A program made the position numbers and the translations under genes. Below, piece by piece: positions 13,331 to 26,583 of a DNA stretch of 64,000 bases (position 1 is the first letter of the stretch; every line of letters starts with the position of its first letter). Under the pieces are notes generated by a model. That model made no database searches. It saw only the letters and a list, made by a program, of their open reading frames with translations, and was not told where the DNA came from. The DNA comes from Isurus oxyrinchus (lineage: Eukaryota), in NCBI GenBank assembly GCA_026770705.1, contig JANJGN010000034.1, forward strand, positions 6,138,001 through 6,202,000, in the 5' to 3' direction.

Positions 13331-14519
13331 AAGGAGAAGATACTGGCTATTCGGTCACTGTCCGGCTGATTTGCGAATGATATAACTAAATCAGATTTTG
13401 CTTCTCATGCATAGCAACTCACTTTTAAATTCTACAATGCCTAACTCGTACTTTGGAAAATTCCGTGTTTGTAAAATGAGCAATATATTTGCACGTCCTT
13501 CTACCGTTTATAAGGGGACCTGGATAGGCCAGTTAATACTGTCAAGCCTATAGTGTTCTGGTTGATTTCTTCTGGAAATTTACTTTCGTCAGCCTGTTTT
13601 TAAGTTCCATGCCCAGATATGAACTCCAAATAGAAAAAAAAAATAACTCAAATTGTTTAGTTCAGTTTTGCAGTCCATATATCTCTGACAGACTTTACAT
13701 GCAGTGCGTGCATGAGTGCTACTATTTGTGCAATTTGCTGAAACGAAACATCAATTTCAGTATTAGTTTCTCCCTTGGATGATTTTGGATCATATGTACA
13801 TATCGATGTTGTTTCCGGTTTCAAGATTATGCACACACATAACAAAACAAAACAGAGAAGACATGGAAACGTGATATTTGAACAGAGCGATATACAACTT
13901 CTGAAAGATTGGCGTGTCTGTCTAGAAAACTGAAGTCTGAATGGTGAGGTGACAGGAGTCATTACAATTATTAAAGGTTTTCAGATGGAGTCCAGAACTT
14001 GAGCCTCTAAATGAAATGAAGTCACTAAACATTATTGGGAAATTCAGAGGATATATCCACTCAATGAGTATTTATAACGCAGAATCAGAACTGCAAGGTG
14101 CACTAATTTAAACACAAATGTTCATGCAATGTCGAGTGTATGAGAGATTAAGATGTTGAATGACATTGTGCCTGGGTTTGTTGAAGCTGGAGGGGCTCGT
14201 GTGGAACCTGAGAACAGCTGCAGTGACTAGAGGGGATGAAGGCCTGATTCCATGCTACAAAATGGATTTAAATCTAAGAAACAATAAACAGGAGATTTCA
14301 ACAAAAATGGGGCCAACCATATAGCATGGGGCAGGAGTTATCTGAAGATCCCCTATCAGAAAGACACTTATCAACATCCACTGCATTAATGATTTAACGA
14401 AGAGCACTAAAATACATAATGCTTAATTTGATTTTAATTGCTCAGTTTTACTGTAACAGGCAGTCTAAAATGGGCTTTGCAATAATGCCTAAAATTGATA
14501 ACCTATCGAAGATCGAACA

Positions 14520-14930
14520 TTCCTCCTCCCTGAAAACTTGAGCAGAACGATTTAGTCTGAGACCCCAGTGCACCAGCGGCAGAGGACTGCAGTATTGGAA
14601 TCGAAGCATTTTGATGGACATCTTTCACTGAGTCACTGTCTCTCCTGCGGATTGGTGGGATTTTTTTCTTAATTTGATCCTATGGTTCTGCTGGGGGAAT
14701 AAGGGAAGCTGTCGAAGTTTCCATGTCCAAAAATTAATCCTCCATCAATGTCAAAAAAATGGTGACTCGGCTACATTTTATTATTGCCTGTGGGAGCCTA
14801 TGCTCTGCAAAGTGGTTGCAATTTGTCCTGCATTACAACATTAGTTCAGAAGAATGACATTGGTGACAAAGCATTTTGGAAGCCATAAATTCATGAAAGG
14901 CACTGTCGAAATGCAATTTTGTTTTCCTTT
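14520..14930 (+). mobile_element. Deu-domain (SacSINE1-like) SINE ending at the exon acceptor
   Basis: gcctgtgggagcc...ctgcattacaaca...catgaaaggcactgtcgaaatgcaatttt L2-like SINE tail. Confidence 0.65.
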
Positions 14931-14937
14931 TTTGCAG

Positions 14938-14964
14938 AGGGAGATCTTTGGGACAAAGATTCAG
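14938..14964 (+). CDS. 27-nt microexon, (K/E)GDLWDKDS
   Basis: ttttccttttttgcAG|agggagatctttgggacaaagattcag|GTaaac; paralogue of 55673-55699 (L.DKD). Confidence 0.75.
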
Positions 14965-15059
14965 GTAAACAACATATTTATTCTGCACTGATCTTGTCGT
15001 ACCAGTGTTGGCACAGCCTGTAACACTATCTATTTGAGCTAGGATCTCATGATTTCAAG

Positions 15060-15420
15060 TGTAGCTCGAAATCCTGATCAGTAAGTCTTGGCTGACACAG
15101 TGGTCGCCAATAGTATAAGAATGCTGAACTGCCAGGTGTGTCATGTCTAAGGCGAGATGTTAAAGGAATACAATAATTACCCACACACCAAGGGTTATTT
15201 CGTACACATTTAAGGCTTGGATACAATGTATTGTATGACTGACACTCAATCAACAGTGATTTGTAGAGAAATCAAGTTTACTGTTCAAGTTATGTTTGTG
15301 GGAATTGCAGCTTCATTTCCTACATTACAGCAACAACTACAATTCTCAAGAGTCCAATATGGGAGGAAAATTTCATTGAGATTTTCTGAATTCATGGAAA
15401 AATTGTTCAGTTTCTGAAGA
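15060..15420 (+). mobile_element. Deu-domain SINE, degenerate
   Basis: gtttgtgggaattgcagcttcatttcctacattacagcaacaactac matches the SINE core. Confidence 0.55.
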
Positions 15421-15541
15421 TGTGCTGATGAATCTCTTTGAGCTGGATCTGTTCCGGCAGCAGCGAATGCTGTAATGACAATTTTTTTGGGAGAAAACCA
15501 AATGAACGTGATTGATAAAATGATCCTATGCTCATTTTCAG

Positions 15542-15577
15542 AAATATATTATCTCCAGATTAAACTTCAAAAATGCG
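15542..15577 (+). CDS. 36-nt microexon, (E)IYYLQIKLQKC
   Basis: ctcattttcAG|aaatatattatctccagattaaacttcaaaaatgcg|GTgagt. Confidence 0.8.
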
Positions 15578-15670
15578 GTGAGTAAATATTTAAAATTCAC
15601 AAAAAACAGTGACGTAAGAGGAAAAGAATTGGAGTTTTATGTGGAAATTATAGAAATGAACTCACAGCAA

Positions 15671-15740
15671 CGGATAGCCTCTGACACCCCGCGACCCTGA
15701 ACTGGATGATGTGGTTCTGGAAAAGTGAATGATTGAGTAA
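15671..15740 (+). mobile_element. HE1/V-SINE-like 3' tail
   Basis: ggatagcctctgacaccccgcgaccctgaactggat...gaaaagtgaatgattg. Confidence 0.5.
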
Positions 15741-17425
15741 ACGCCAGCAGGATTGCAGCATGCAGATTTTAAGCATCTTCCTGAAATGTTGTCACATTAC
15801 AAAGATGATCATTCGTAAGATAGGATCTCGATTGGTGAGATTAGGAATATGTAAGATTTAGTAGAATAAAGGCCGTGTTTTGTTGCGGTCGGCCACAACA
15901 ATTAAGTGATGGTGGAGAGTTCGGCCAGTGACACGTTCGAATTTGTCAGCTCTGTGCACGTGTATCTACAGGTAAGGACCACTCTGGCTGAGACCATGGT
16001 TGGGGTCTGTTCTGAATGAGGTAGGCTTGAGGAGGCTGACTATAGCTAAGTCGGTGGAGGGAGAAATCCGCTCTTTGTGTGGCCGGCTCTGGCTGAATTG
16101 GGAAATGGGCTTGTTTGGCTATGTTTGAACCTGGTTCTACGTGTGATCCGTGATGATTTACATCCTGTATTTATTTTGTAAATTATAGGTGGTGGTCTTT
16201 ATGTGTAAAACCAGTTATTAGTGAGCTCGAATGCAGTTGAGCTTGAGGAAGCAGGACATCGGTCTTACTCTATGGAATTATTTTAGAGATCCAGTATGAT
16301 CAGGCTGCATAGGCTTCAGTCAGCTATGTGCGATTTCGCGTATCTTTGGGGTGTAGTCATTAAGTGTGCAACACCTGTTGGTGCTGGATGGCATAGGAAG
16401 CATAATTTTTGTGTGAGGCCTAATTTGAGTGAGGTCAAGCATATGCGATGTGGATAAGTATGAGCTGATATAAATGAGATCAGATAGTGTTGAGTTGGGG
16501 AAGTGGCAAGTCACGCTAGCGATAATGTAAGGTATGGATGCCGTCACACCAATGTGAATTAAGATCGTGTGGAATCAACTTTTCCCGAGAGATGGTGTCA
16601 GTGAATTTTATAGTAGTTGAGGGTCGGAACGGATACGTTTGAGTACAGAGGATATTGTGTTTGCTTCAGGATGGAGAAATGAAATTGAGCATTGTTAATA
16701 TATTGTATGTTCGATGCCGGTAAAACTGAGATTCATAATGGTTACATCGCATATGGGATTGAGATCAGCAAGGAATTACATCCTGTTTGCTTGGTGTTAA
16801 GTACGACTGACAAACATACTTTGTTTGTTTATGATTGGAGCTGGGTGGGTCCAGGCCAGGCAGAGGTCGGAAATCAATGCAGAATCACTTGGAAATACTC
16901 AGCAGGTCGTGGCAATATTTCTGGAGAATGGAACAAACGTTGAAATTTCAGGTCAATGAGGCTCTCCATCAGACAGAAAGGGTGAGATGGCACAATTTTC
17001 TAAACGCACGGAAGTATCATATCTAATATGTATGGTTTTCCAACAAAATAAAAGCTGCTTATCAGGCCTTTCCAGCATTGCATTTTTGTGGCTGGTCGTT
17101 GGGAATGCTGGGTGGGTTGGCTGGTAGGGAGAATGGGTGGCTAATTGGCTGCTGCATCTCATACATTACTATTGTGGTTACGTTTAAAATGTTTGTCATT
17201 GTGAAAGGCTTTGGAATGGCTGTGGTCGTGATGTCAATGAAGAAGCACAATGCTCTACTTAAATTTATGCTTGCACACTATGATAATAATAATGGCGACA
17301 TGCTTGCAACATTGAAGCTAAGGAGCATCTTATTTACAACCAATGTTCACTAAATAAAAAATTCCAACATGTGCGGGGCTTCAATCATTTTAGAATCAGT
17401 GATTTAATCTTTCACCCTTCGACAG

Positions 17426-17452
17426 AAGAGAACCTAAAAGTGATAGAAGAAG
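17426..17452 (+). CDS. 27-nt microexon, (E)ENLKVIEE
   Basis: ctttcacccttcgacAG|aagagaacctaaaagtgatagaagaag|GTagtg. Confidence 0.75.
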
Positions 17453-18749
17453 GTAGTGAACTTAAGTACTTCTTCTGTTAAAGAGATGCAAATTAGTTTT
17501 GTATGTGATAATTGATACTTTCAGCCATTCCCCAAAGCGACTTATTATAAATTATTGCAAAAGCTGTCAGTTGAGCAATCCCGCTTAAAGGAGATTGGCA
17601 GAATATATGTGGAGAAGGTGATTCGTGGGAGACACCAAACCAAGGGGATTGATACAGAAAAACATATAATGTAGCATGGTATATATCCAATATGGAAGTC
17701 ATGAACTTTATCTTTATACAGAGAATATCCAACCTCTAGCTGTATAACAGAATGTTGGAAGGGAAGCTAGCTAAATGCATGTGAGAAAACTAAAGAGCAG
17801 ATGATCTTAATAGCGTGAAATGAAGAAGAGTAGATGGTGTACCGTGTAAAATATAAATGCCAATGTGTAGAATGCCTGCATAATGGCCTCTTTTGCCTCT
17901 GAAAATGTTGTATAATGATTCCATTTTGTGCGGTTTAGAATGGTTATTACTAAATTTACTGCTCAATAGGCACTCGGCTGATTTATGCTTTCCTGATTGT
18001 AACAGGTGATCCCACAGGGTATTGAACGGGCAGAAGTTGCATATCACACGTTTTACGTTAGCTTCTAAAGTTAGACTTCCTCCTGCTGTCAGCTTTTTAG
18101 GAAGTTTATATGTTTTTCTCAACACAGAAGAATACAGGATATCAACTTTCTATGGAATTATGGAATATGAACTCTGAAACCAACCATCTAACTAGCAGGA
18201 ACCATGAAATCAATTTCCACATATTTTGCATGGTTAACATAACAGAACGTCGACAAGTGCATCAAACTGAAGTAGGAAGGCATGAATTGATGCAGTTCCG
18301 CATAAGGCTAAATTTGAACGCTTGGCAATAAGTTTGTTCATTGAGTTAGGCATTAAGAGTAATATCAAATGTAGAAAGACCTGTAGAGGGGCATCGATTC
18401 TAAAAGTTTTATTGATTCCGAGATGCAGTAGCTGAATTCAGTGTTGCCGTATTGTCACAATTAAAATCGGGGTGCATCGAATGGACAGAATTATATGTCA
18501 GTGAGCTCAGGTGCAGAAAGAGACTAGAGAGCTAATGATGGCTGAGGCCATCGAGGGATTTGGCACAAAAATAATAAACTATCACTTTAAAACCAAGGCA
18601 TCTCTTTCACTGGAAAGTCCTTTATAGCTGTGGAATTTAGTTGAATGACTGTAGTAATTTTCTGTATATATTCATTATATAGAATTGCATGAGGTTTGCT
18701 GCACAGCAATAGGAAACTTGGCCCAACGAGCCAAATTTGACATGCATGC

Positions 18750-19280
18750 TCTACTCGGGGAGCATCGTATATGACACCTTTGGATGCAAGTGGGTTAGAA
18801 TTTAGAAATAGTGTAATTGATTTTAATTGTGAGAAGAAACTTGGTTTAAAACTGTACAGAGTTAACAGTTCGATATCCAAGAAGAACATGTGCACTACAG
18901 AAGCTGGAAAAAATACAATGATTAAATGGGAACTTTGAGATCGTAACCAATGGCAACGAATGAGTAGACTCTGTTTCATTTTTGCACAAAGCAGACAATG
19001 ATGTTCTTGTCCTGATAGCTCATCGGACCGATGAAGAAGATTGGTCGTGTAAACGTAAATAAAATTCTTTGGCTTACAAGGGAAGTGAGGCAGCGTACTT
19101 GAAAGCCGAATCACCACTAATGCACTCTATGGTGGTTATAGAGAACGTTTTTTTTACACAGTGAAACGCAGTGGAACGTGCTACATCACGGAGAGGTTGA
19201 AGCAATAGTATATGATCATTAAAAATCGCGGATGAGAATGAAATCATTTTGGCAGAGAAGCTGAGACAGAATCAATGTTT
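18750..19280 (+). mobile_element. CR1 3' fragment
   Basis: Degenerate LKLY..VR..-like RT C-terminus and 3' UTR. Confidence 0.5.
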
Positions 19281-19879
19281 CACAATATTTCATTGCAACA
19301 TTCTTGATTTTGCTCTCAACGCCTCTCTTTCTTAAACTCAGGATCCCTATACTTTCTTTAAAAATTGATCAATATGTCTGGCCATTTAAGCGTTATGTTC
19401 ACATATACCCCTATATCACTACTTTCCGCTGACATTTTGATTTATTACACTTTCGATTTTGTTACATCCCATTGCCGTACCGAACAAAATGTGTCAGCTC
19501 ATGCCTATTTCCTCTGCAATAGATATCGTCTGCAATATGCCTATCAATTACACGAGTTGTGCTCTGGCGAACCGGTGGAGCTTAAAAACACTAATCTAAA
19601 AAAAAGATAGGATAAACATAACATGAACAGAATTCATATTAAAAATGAGTTTAAATGCATGTCGAGTAATGTGAAATAGTACAAGGCAGCTTCAGGCCAT
19701 CAATCGTGGGGCGGAATCAGGCATAGCCAGCATTACTGAATCATGCCTACAGGGCAATGCGGCCTGAGAATTTACCTTGTAGTGTCTGCTCTATGTCGAA
19801 AGGATAGAGTGGGGCCAAATGCTATCTATATTAGCTGTGGCTTTTTGAGATTACATTCTATTTTGAAAAAAAACACTGA

Positions 19880-22270
19880 AATCAATAGCAGACATTTTGA
19901 ATGTTTGTACCTGGAAATAAAAGATAAGAAATGCTCCGTGAGACAATAATGTCCTGTCTGTAATCCACTTCGTGCTTTGGAGGTGGGGTGGGAAAAATGT
20001 TGACAAACAAGGCAACTGAGTTTAAGAAAAAAAAACAACATGACGAATTTCAATTTACTTGATAATAATTTAACAGAAGAATCGCTAAAGGATGAAGAAT
20101 TTTAAATTCCTACAAAGTGCAGGTCGCCCTTTTCTTGCCGACTTTCTCAAAGCAAAAAACGAGTAAGGATTTTTTATCAACCTTTTAATGAGGAATCGAA
20201 CCAGAATAAAGAAAGTCGTTAAAAAAATGAGAAACCAGCTCGGCATTAGTTACCACAATTATGTTTAAGAAGATGACAGGGAAGGTCATAAATATATCAA
20301 AAGCGAGCTTTAAAAGGTGAAGATCATGCGATTTTTAAGGGGTCGATTACAACTTCTGAAAATGACATAAGCAACAAATTGGTGAAGTGCATCGTGGATG
20401 GTCAATGGGAAAAAAAAAAAAAACGAATTCAACAGAGCGCAGGAATATATATTCACCAAGGAGAGAAGAAATCAACATTTAAGAGACAAGAATGTTGCAT
20501 AAAGACAACGGAAAGAGAAATATGATAAGTACATAAAAAGCATAAAAATGCATAAGAGAGAATGTCAAGAAATAGGAGGATGGTCGAAAAAGCAATTTAG
20601 ACGTCAAAGAGAAGCTATAAAATCATATTATTAACGAGCATTAAACCAACAAAACTTTTTACAGGCTCTCCAAAAAAAGGCTGTGATAGGGGTAGTGCGT
20701 TTAAAAGATAGAGAGAAAATTTAACAGGTAATGAAAGAAATATGCTGTACGAACGTACGAGTTAAGAGCACGATTAGGCCCTCACATCGCGCTCCCACTT
20801 TCAATAGGATGATGATAAGTATGGCTGCGTCCTCAAGTCCACATTCTCGCCTATCCATGAAATCCTTTCATTCGGTTGTTCGTCAATGATCTGTCTACTT
20901 CTTTCTTGAAACATAATAACCAACCGCCCTGCTTCCAGCATTCGCTGGTGGAGAGAGATCCAAATACACACAATGGGCGAAGATGCAAGCACAAAATCTT
21001 ACCATGTTCGCCTCAAACTGAAGACACCTTATTTTTAATATTGGCGTTAACACTGAATGGTGAGAGGAGAAATGGGATAGGTGCATTTAAAATAAAAACA
21101 GTTATTTCAATCTACCGAACAACAACAGAGGATATTACCCCTGCCCCAGATCCATGACGTCCACATACTGTAAAAGATTCTGAAGAAGAATCAAAATGGA
21201 AATATTACACATATTTCATAGCTTGTAAGAAAAAGCTGCAACACAGGAATTCTGGTGGAAATTTGTTGTAATTTCCATATTCAAGAAAGGGGCAAAGCAT
21301 CCTCTTGTAACTACAGGCCAGTATTCTTAAAATCGGGTCAGGAAAATAATGGATAGCTATTCAATAAGGTTGTAGAAGAGGAAATATCATAGCTAACATG
21401 ATTTACACATGCAGACACACACAGAAACACATATAACTTGTGGATATATAGGTGTGTACACATTCGTGGAACTAATGGTGATGCTGTGCTCAGTTTTTCA
21501 AAGGGTCTTGAGTAAGCTTTTCCAGTGAGCATCAATGAATGAGATGTGATAACGTGGAGTGAGGTGACAAGTAACGGGATGGAATGCTTCACTGGCTTCA
21601 AGATCTAAAACAGAAACTGTGAGTAAAGGTGGGTTATTCAGATTGGCAGAAGGCGAACATGGTTTTCCGAAAGGATATTTGCTTGCTCCACTGTTATTTA
21701 ATATTTCATTTAACGACTTTGGTTGTGGAGTCAGAAACTCCATTTCTAAATTTGTGGCGTTCAGTAAAATGTGGAGAATGTCGAAACAGAGGCGCATTGC
21801 AACAAATTGAATGAATACATTGTTATACATGGAGACAGGACGAACAATTGAAAATGAACTCGAATACAGATGTGTGTAAGACATTACGCTCTGGTTGGAA
21901 GCATAATTTTTTTTTGAAAGGTGTAAGTCTAGGTAGGATTAAGGAAAGTAGGGGAGCGTATCTACAAAAGTAGCAATCGCTAAAAGTTTTGTCGCTGGTA
22001 AGGACGTTAAAAAAAAATCACAAGACTTAGTTTCTGCAGGGATTTAATTTAACATGCTAATGTTATGTGGAACCAAGAAATAAATCGGGAATCCCGGAAA
22101 AACTCGTCTTTACCTAAGTGAATAGCATAGATGCATTCAAGAGGAAGCCAGATAAATATATCAGTGAAAATATGATGGAGGCTTTCAAAGATATATTTCG
22201 ATGATGAAATAAAGTGGAATTTCAAGTGAAGTTTAAGCGCTTGATTGCCTGCAATATCTCTTTCTGTGAT
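19880..22270 (+). mobile_element. CR1 ORF2 remnant (endonuclease to RT), with an inverted CR1 tail near 20760-21030
   Basis: ECLYLEIKDKK endonuclease-like segment; GFPKGYLLAPLLFNISFNDF..SISKF RT motif. Confidence 0.7.
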
Positions 22271-22681
22271 GTGCATCCTAAGGATAACAGAAGTAAATTA
22301 ACTAATCTAATTCATATTTAAACAACGCCAAATAATCTACTACTGTTTCTAATTTTAATGCAAATAACTCTTTAGAGTTAGTTAAGTAAATTCATGACTG
22401 AAACAGCAGCCGTGTACACTAAAAAAGTTTATGTGCAATAAGTTGCAATCATTTGCAATTTGTTCCATCATTTGAATAAAACCAAATGAACTGATATAAT
22501 CCTGCTCATTCCAACAGGACTGCTGGGAGAATTGTAAAATTCATCGCCCATCTAATGTATCATAGCGGCGTTAATTTATGGACACTTTCTGCGCAAAGCC
22601 CAATGTAATAATTTCACTTTTATCCTGTTAAACATTGTATTTCGTCGAAAGAAAATGTCTTCTTGCTTTACTTTTCCTTAG

Positions 22682-22708
22682 AGCTCTATGACCTACAGAA
22701 AAAGTGCA
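22682..22708 (+). CDS. 27-nt microexon, (E)LYDLQKKC
   Basis: cttgctttacttttccttAG|agctctatgacctacagaaaaagtgca|GTaagt; strong sites. Confidence 0.85.
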
Positions 22709-24933
22709 GTAAGTATTGGCTACTGTTGTGATTTATATTTATTTCTACCGAATTATTTCGACTTCCAGGGCATGCTTTTTTGTGTTGGCCTCCCGTTGTA
22801 ATTCAGGAATCGTGGGCTAAAAATCCCGCGAGAACCATCTCCGAAACAATGGTACAAAGTTTCACATTTGGAAGTTCTTGCATTGAGTTCAAGAAGTTAC
22901 TCAGTTTGTAGTCCGACAGAGGTCAATGCTTTGCCAAAAGTTGAAATCTTCTCCGATCAAAACCGCTGTTACTTCATCGAAACAGCGGCTGCAAGTGAAA
23001 CATTTACTGCAAATCACCAAGAGATGTTCTGAGATATGCTAAACATGCTGTGCCACTGACACCCGTCTTCCTTTAAATTAGAATGCTGAGGTACTGTTGT
23101 TTTGCAGATACAGGTGTTGAGTGGCAAGATGAGTTATTCCTCCCCAGCCTCCCATGATGCACTCGCTCAACTTCCAGATTATTTACAATCGACGTAATTG
23201 ACCCTGCAGAGATTTTAGAACACTACCCTACCAATAAACGCGTTCCATTTAAATGTCATCTCTGTGTTGGCCCTCGCTTGACAAGCACGGAAAGGGATCA
23301 GCAACTTGGCTGGGTAAATTTGGTGATGGACATTTTACTTTTTCAGGCTTACATTTGCATGGCCGTATAAGAAGGAAGGCAGATCATAAAAAAGTAGATT
23401 GCTTCTGGTTTCATATATCCCACCTGACCTTTTACAGTAATGTCTTGAATGTACATTTGTGGGAACATAAATCGAGTAATAAAGCCCTCGGAAAAAAATG
23501 CAAGAAGCATTAAAAATCCTATTAGAACTGAGACGGTTTTCAAGTACTTAAGAGTCGGCATAGTGAAAATTATTGCACTCATGGCAGCGGGTGGGAAAGG
23601 GGGTGTAAACGGTCAATTAATATGATAGTCCATAACAGATAAAATATGTGCTACAAAAAATGAACCTTCACTTATTGAGTGGCTCAAACATGAACTTTCT
23701 CACTGCAGGCAACAGTAGCACCTGATAACATACACACATGTAAAGGGAGAATGACACACAGAAACATATAAACCAAATTATTCATAGGGTTAAATACAGA
23801 CTGGCAGACGTAGGCCCATCTGATTCCTTAACACTGCTATGGTGGATTTGAGCTGACCGTCCTGCTTATTTTTTGCTACTAATTCTATGTAAATCTATAA
23901 TGCATATATTGCAGAAATGTTATCCCTTTTAGCACCTTCTTGTCACTCCTACTCACTCCGACACCACTCCCCATCACCCCACCCCTCTTCCCTCAACCCT
24001 AATATGGTCCTGGACTAAAAACCCTTGTAGTCCAGACAGGGGAGACCCAATAGCTCCTTGCTTGAAGGTCCTGCCCAGAAATGCCCATTATTAGGACTGT
24101 CACAACCCGCCATGCCGCGACTAAAGTGCTCTTCAACTATTGAATATAACAACTCAACCACAGTATGTGCTCCAGTAACGTCATGTGTCAATAACAGGCC
24201 GGTGGTTGACCTATTCTTGTAACTCTTGCAGAAGCTGATCTTGACCAAAAAGAAGAGGGTAAAGTACAACATCAAACGTGCATTATTTCGTTTGCATTGC
24301 ATTTTTTACTTGCCACATGTAAGGGAAATAGTTGAATTTAATGACAGCGGACACATTGTCCAGAACACGCACTTGTTGCCTGGGAGTTTCTTGCAACTTA
24401 CTTCTGGATCAGAGGACTCGGCATAACACTTCATCAACCACTCCGAGTAAACGTTTACATGGCTATACTGCCCAGTAGATGGTTGAAACTACCAGGTGAA
24501 GTATTAAACTGCAAATGTTCAACTGTCCTCTGGCATTGCCATAAGCAGCGAATGGCCAAAATATCGGAAAATAAAATAACATGAAATGAATTGGCCCCAT
24601 GTAGTCTCAGCACTGTATCCCTCTGAAGAATGATTGGTAGGATCCTAACGATATAATATCGCTTTCAGGTTATTAGGATCTCGCTCTGTGTAAAATAACT
24701 CGTGCGTTTTCTGTATTATTAACTTGAATGCATTTCCAAATGTGGGCCAGGCGATGTTGTTTGTCCTGAAAAAGTGTCGGGAACCACAACAAATGTCACA
24801 CACACCTGAAATGAAACAATAATAGTTGATGTGCCAGCATGCCAACAGTAATTACAACGTAATTGAGGCGAAATCTGAGGGGAAATATTGATATTTGATT
24901 GCGTAAATGACATTCCACTTGTTTATTTTACAA

Positions 24934-24969
24934 AAATGCAAGACTTCGGCAAGAAAATTCAAGAATTAG
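24934..24969 (+). pseudogene. 36-nt exon with mutated acceptor (CAA), MQDFGKKIQEL
   Basis: gtttattttacAA|aaatgcaagacttcggcaagaaaattcaagaattag|GTgagt; correct size, phase and donor, but no AG. Confidence 0.55.
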
Positions 24970-26583
24970 GTGAGTAATGAAAAGAGAAATATGTGGAAAC
25001 ATGGCTCGTTTATGCGGTTCATTCTGACTTTTTTTTTTTGCTTTCCTCATGGCAAATGGGATGTTTAGACAAAAGCTAAAGGGAAATCTAGTCTAACGTT
25101 ATGTACTTTCATGTCACTGTTAATGTCAAAGAAAGGGCCAGCGGTGCCAATCATGGTGATGTCCAGTAGAAGTCAGATTATCCCGGTGTGAGATCAGATA
25201 TTATCAACTCATGTATGGTGAGAACAGGTATTAGTGACACTTGGTTTGTGTGGGAGGTTGGTTTCGAGGTTGGGTGGAGAAGGCGGCGTGGTATATCGGT
25301 AAGCTTAAATGGGTTTTACGGTGGGTGCTACTGATCTAAGTCAGAAATAAAGTAGATCTGGTGGGGATAGATCGGACTTTGCTGAAATTAAATATGCATT
25401 TCAATGTGTGTGTGTGATCGGCTCTTGATGGAGAAAAATATTATTTTGATGACTATCTCATGAGATGTATTCATGGCCAAAAAGGCCCTCTTTTGTTGTC
25501 TATCCTAATTGCCTTTGAAAGGGCCATCTTGCAATACATAACCCCAGCCAATTACAGGAGATATGCTTCCCTGAACTGAAACAGTGAAACTGATTATATG
25601 TCCCGTTACAGAGAGGAACTTTCAATTCCAGATCAATTAATTGAAGTTACATTCTACAAATTGCCATGCTTGAAACCATGTCTCCGCGGATTGCGCTGGG
25701 ACTCTGGATTACGAGTCTTGTAACATTGGCACCATGGCAGCATCTTCTCATGAGCCTCCTTTCTTTGTGCAAGAGCAGTTTTGGATGAAATCCACAGTGT
25801 CAGATCGCGTATGCATCAGGTGTATCCTGGTTCCAAAATTCAACATTACCTTCATGACTAAGAACAATTAAACGTGATTTGCATTTGATGATAATGTATT
25901 TGAGCCAGTTATCTGTAGATGATGCATCTTTTAGATGATACCAGGTTTGACTGCAGACTGGTGATGTTGAAAAAGGGCAAGGCTGAGAGCGCTTATGAGT
26001 GATGAGACCAGGAAATGCACCTCATTGGCTTTACAATACTCAGATGTATGTAAAACGGGATATAGAAATATAAGCCCTCCTTTCTACCTAGTGCAGCAAT
26101 CCATAATATATGTTTGCATCGAAATTTACATTCTCAATGATATGGAAGGGTGCATAAATTGCGGTCAATTTACTGACTGCCACTGCCTTCCTCAGCCGTG
26201 AAAATACATAGTTTGCAACGTAGATTAAGATTTTGTCGAACAATGTAATTTTATAGCCAACAACCACCCGCCGTCCACCGCCCCCCACCACCCCCACGCC
26301 CCGCCTGCTTTTAAAGCACGCATTTTCCATAGTCATTGATCCCACAGTTACAAACGAATGTTGTTTGCTCAGACTCGCTGTGCGCAAATGCATCAAAGAA
26401 GATCTACACTTTTGCCACTGCATGTTTTAGCCAGATTTCATGAATTGCAATAATTAGCCATCATTCATGCACTTTAACTTGTACCGTGGTACGTTTATGT
26501 CCTTTTTAGGTAACATTGCCATGGCATTGCAAAAGCACATCACTATTTATTGATCATTATTACTTAATTTATTGATTATTATT

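Noticed and set aside
17740-17780. LYNRMLEGKLAKC followed by gtgaga, resembling the KC exons
   Set aside because: It matches the CR1 3' UTR (gggaagctagataaa-like) and is 41 nt, out of frame
18587-19117. Longest ORF in the track (176 aa)
   Set aside because: Antisense to a CR1 remnant with no recognisable domain
20077-20105. Apparent terminal microexon EESLKDEEF* with AATAAA at 20205
   Set aside because: It lies inside a CR1 endonuclease remnant (the GDFN..KGEEF region), has no donor and has a poor pyrimidine tract
22699-22713. Apparent broken 15-nt exon EKVQ*
   Set aside because: Better explained as the 3' part of the intact 27-nt exon 22682-22708
24402-24564. Minus-strand exon-like interval with a gtaagt donor
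   Set aside because: The acceptor is CCG and all three frames contain stops
25069-25095. QKLKGNL-like stretch after an AG
   Set aside because: Wrong phase and no donor at 27 nt
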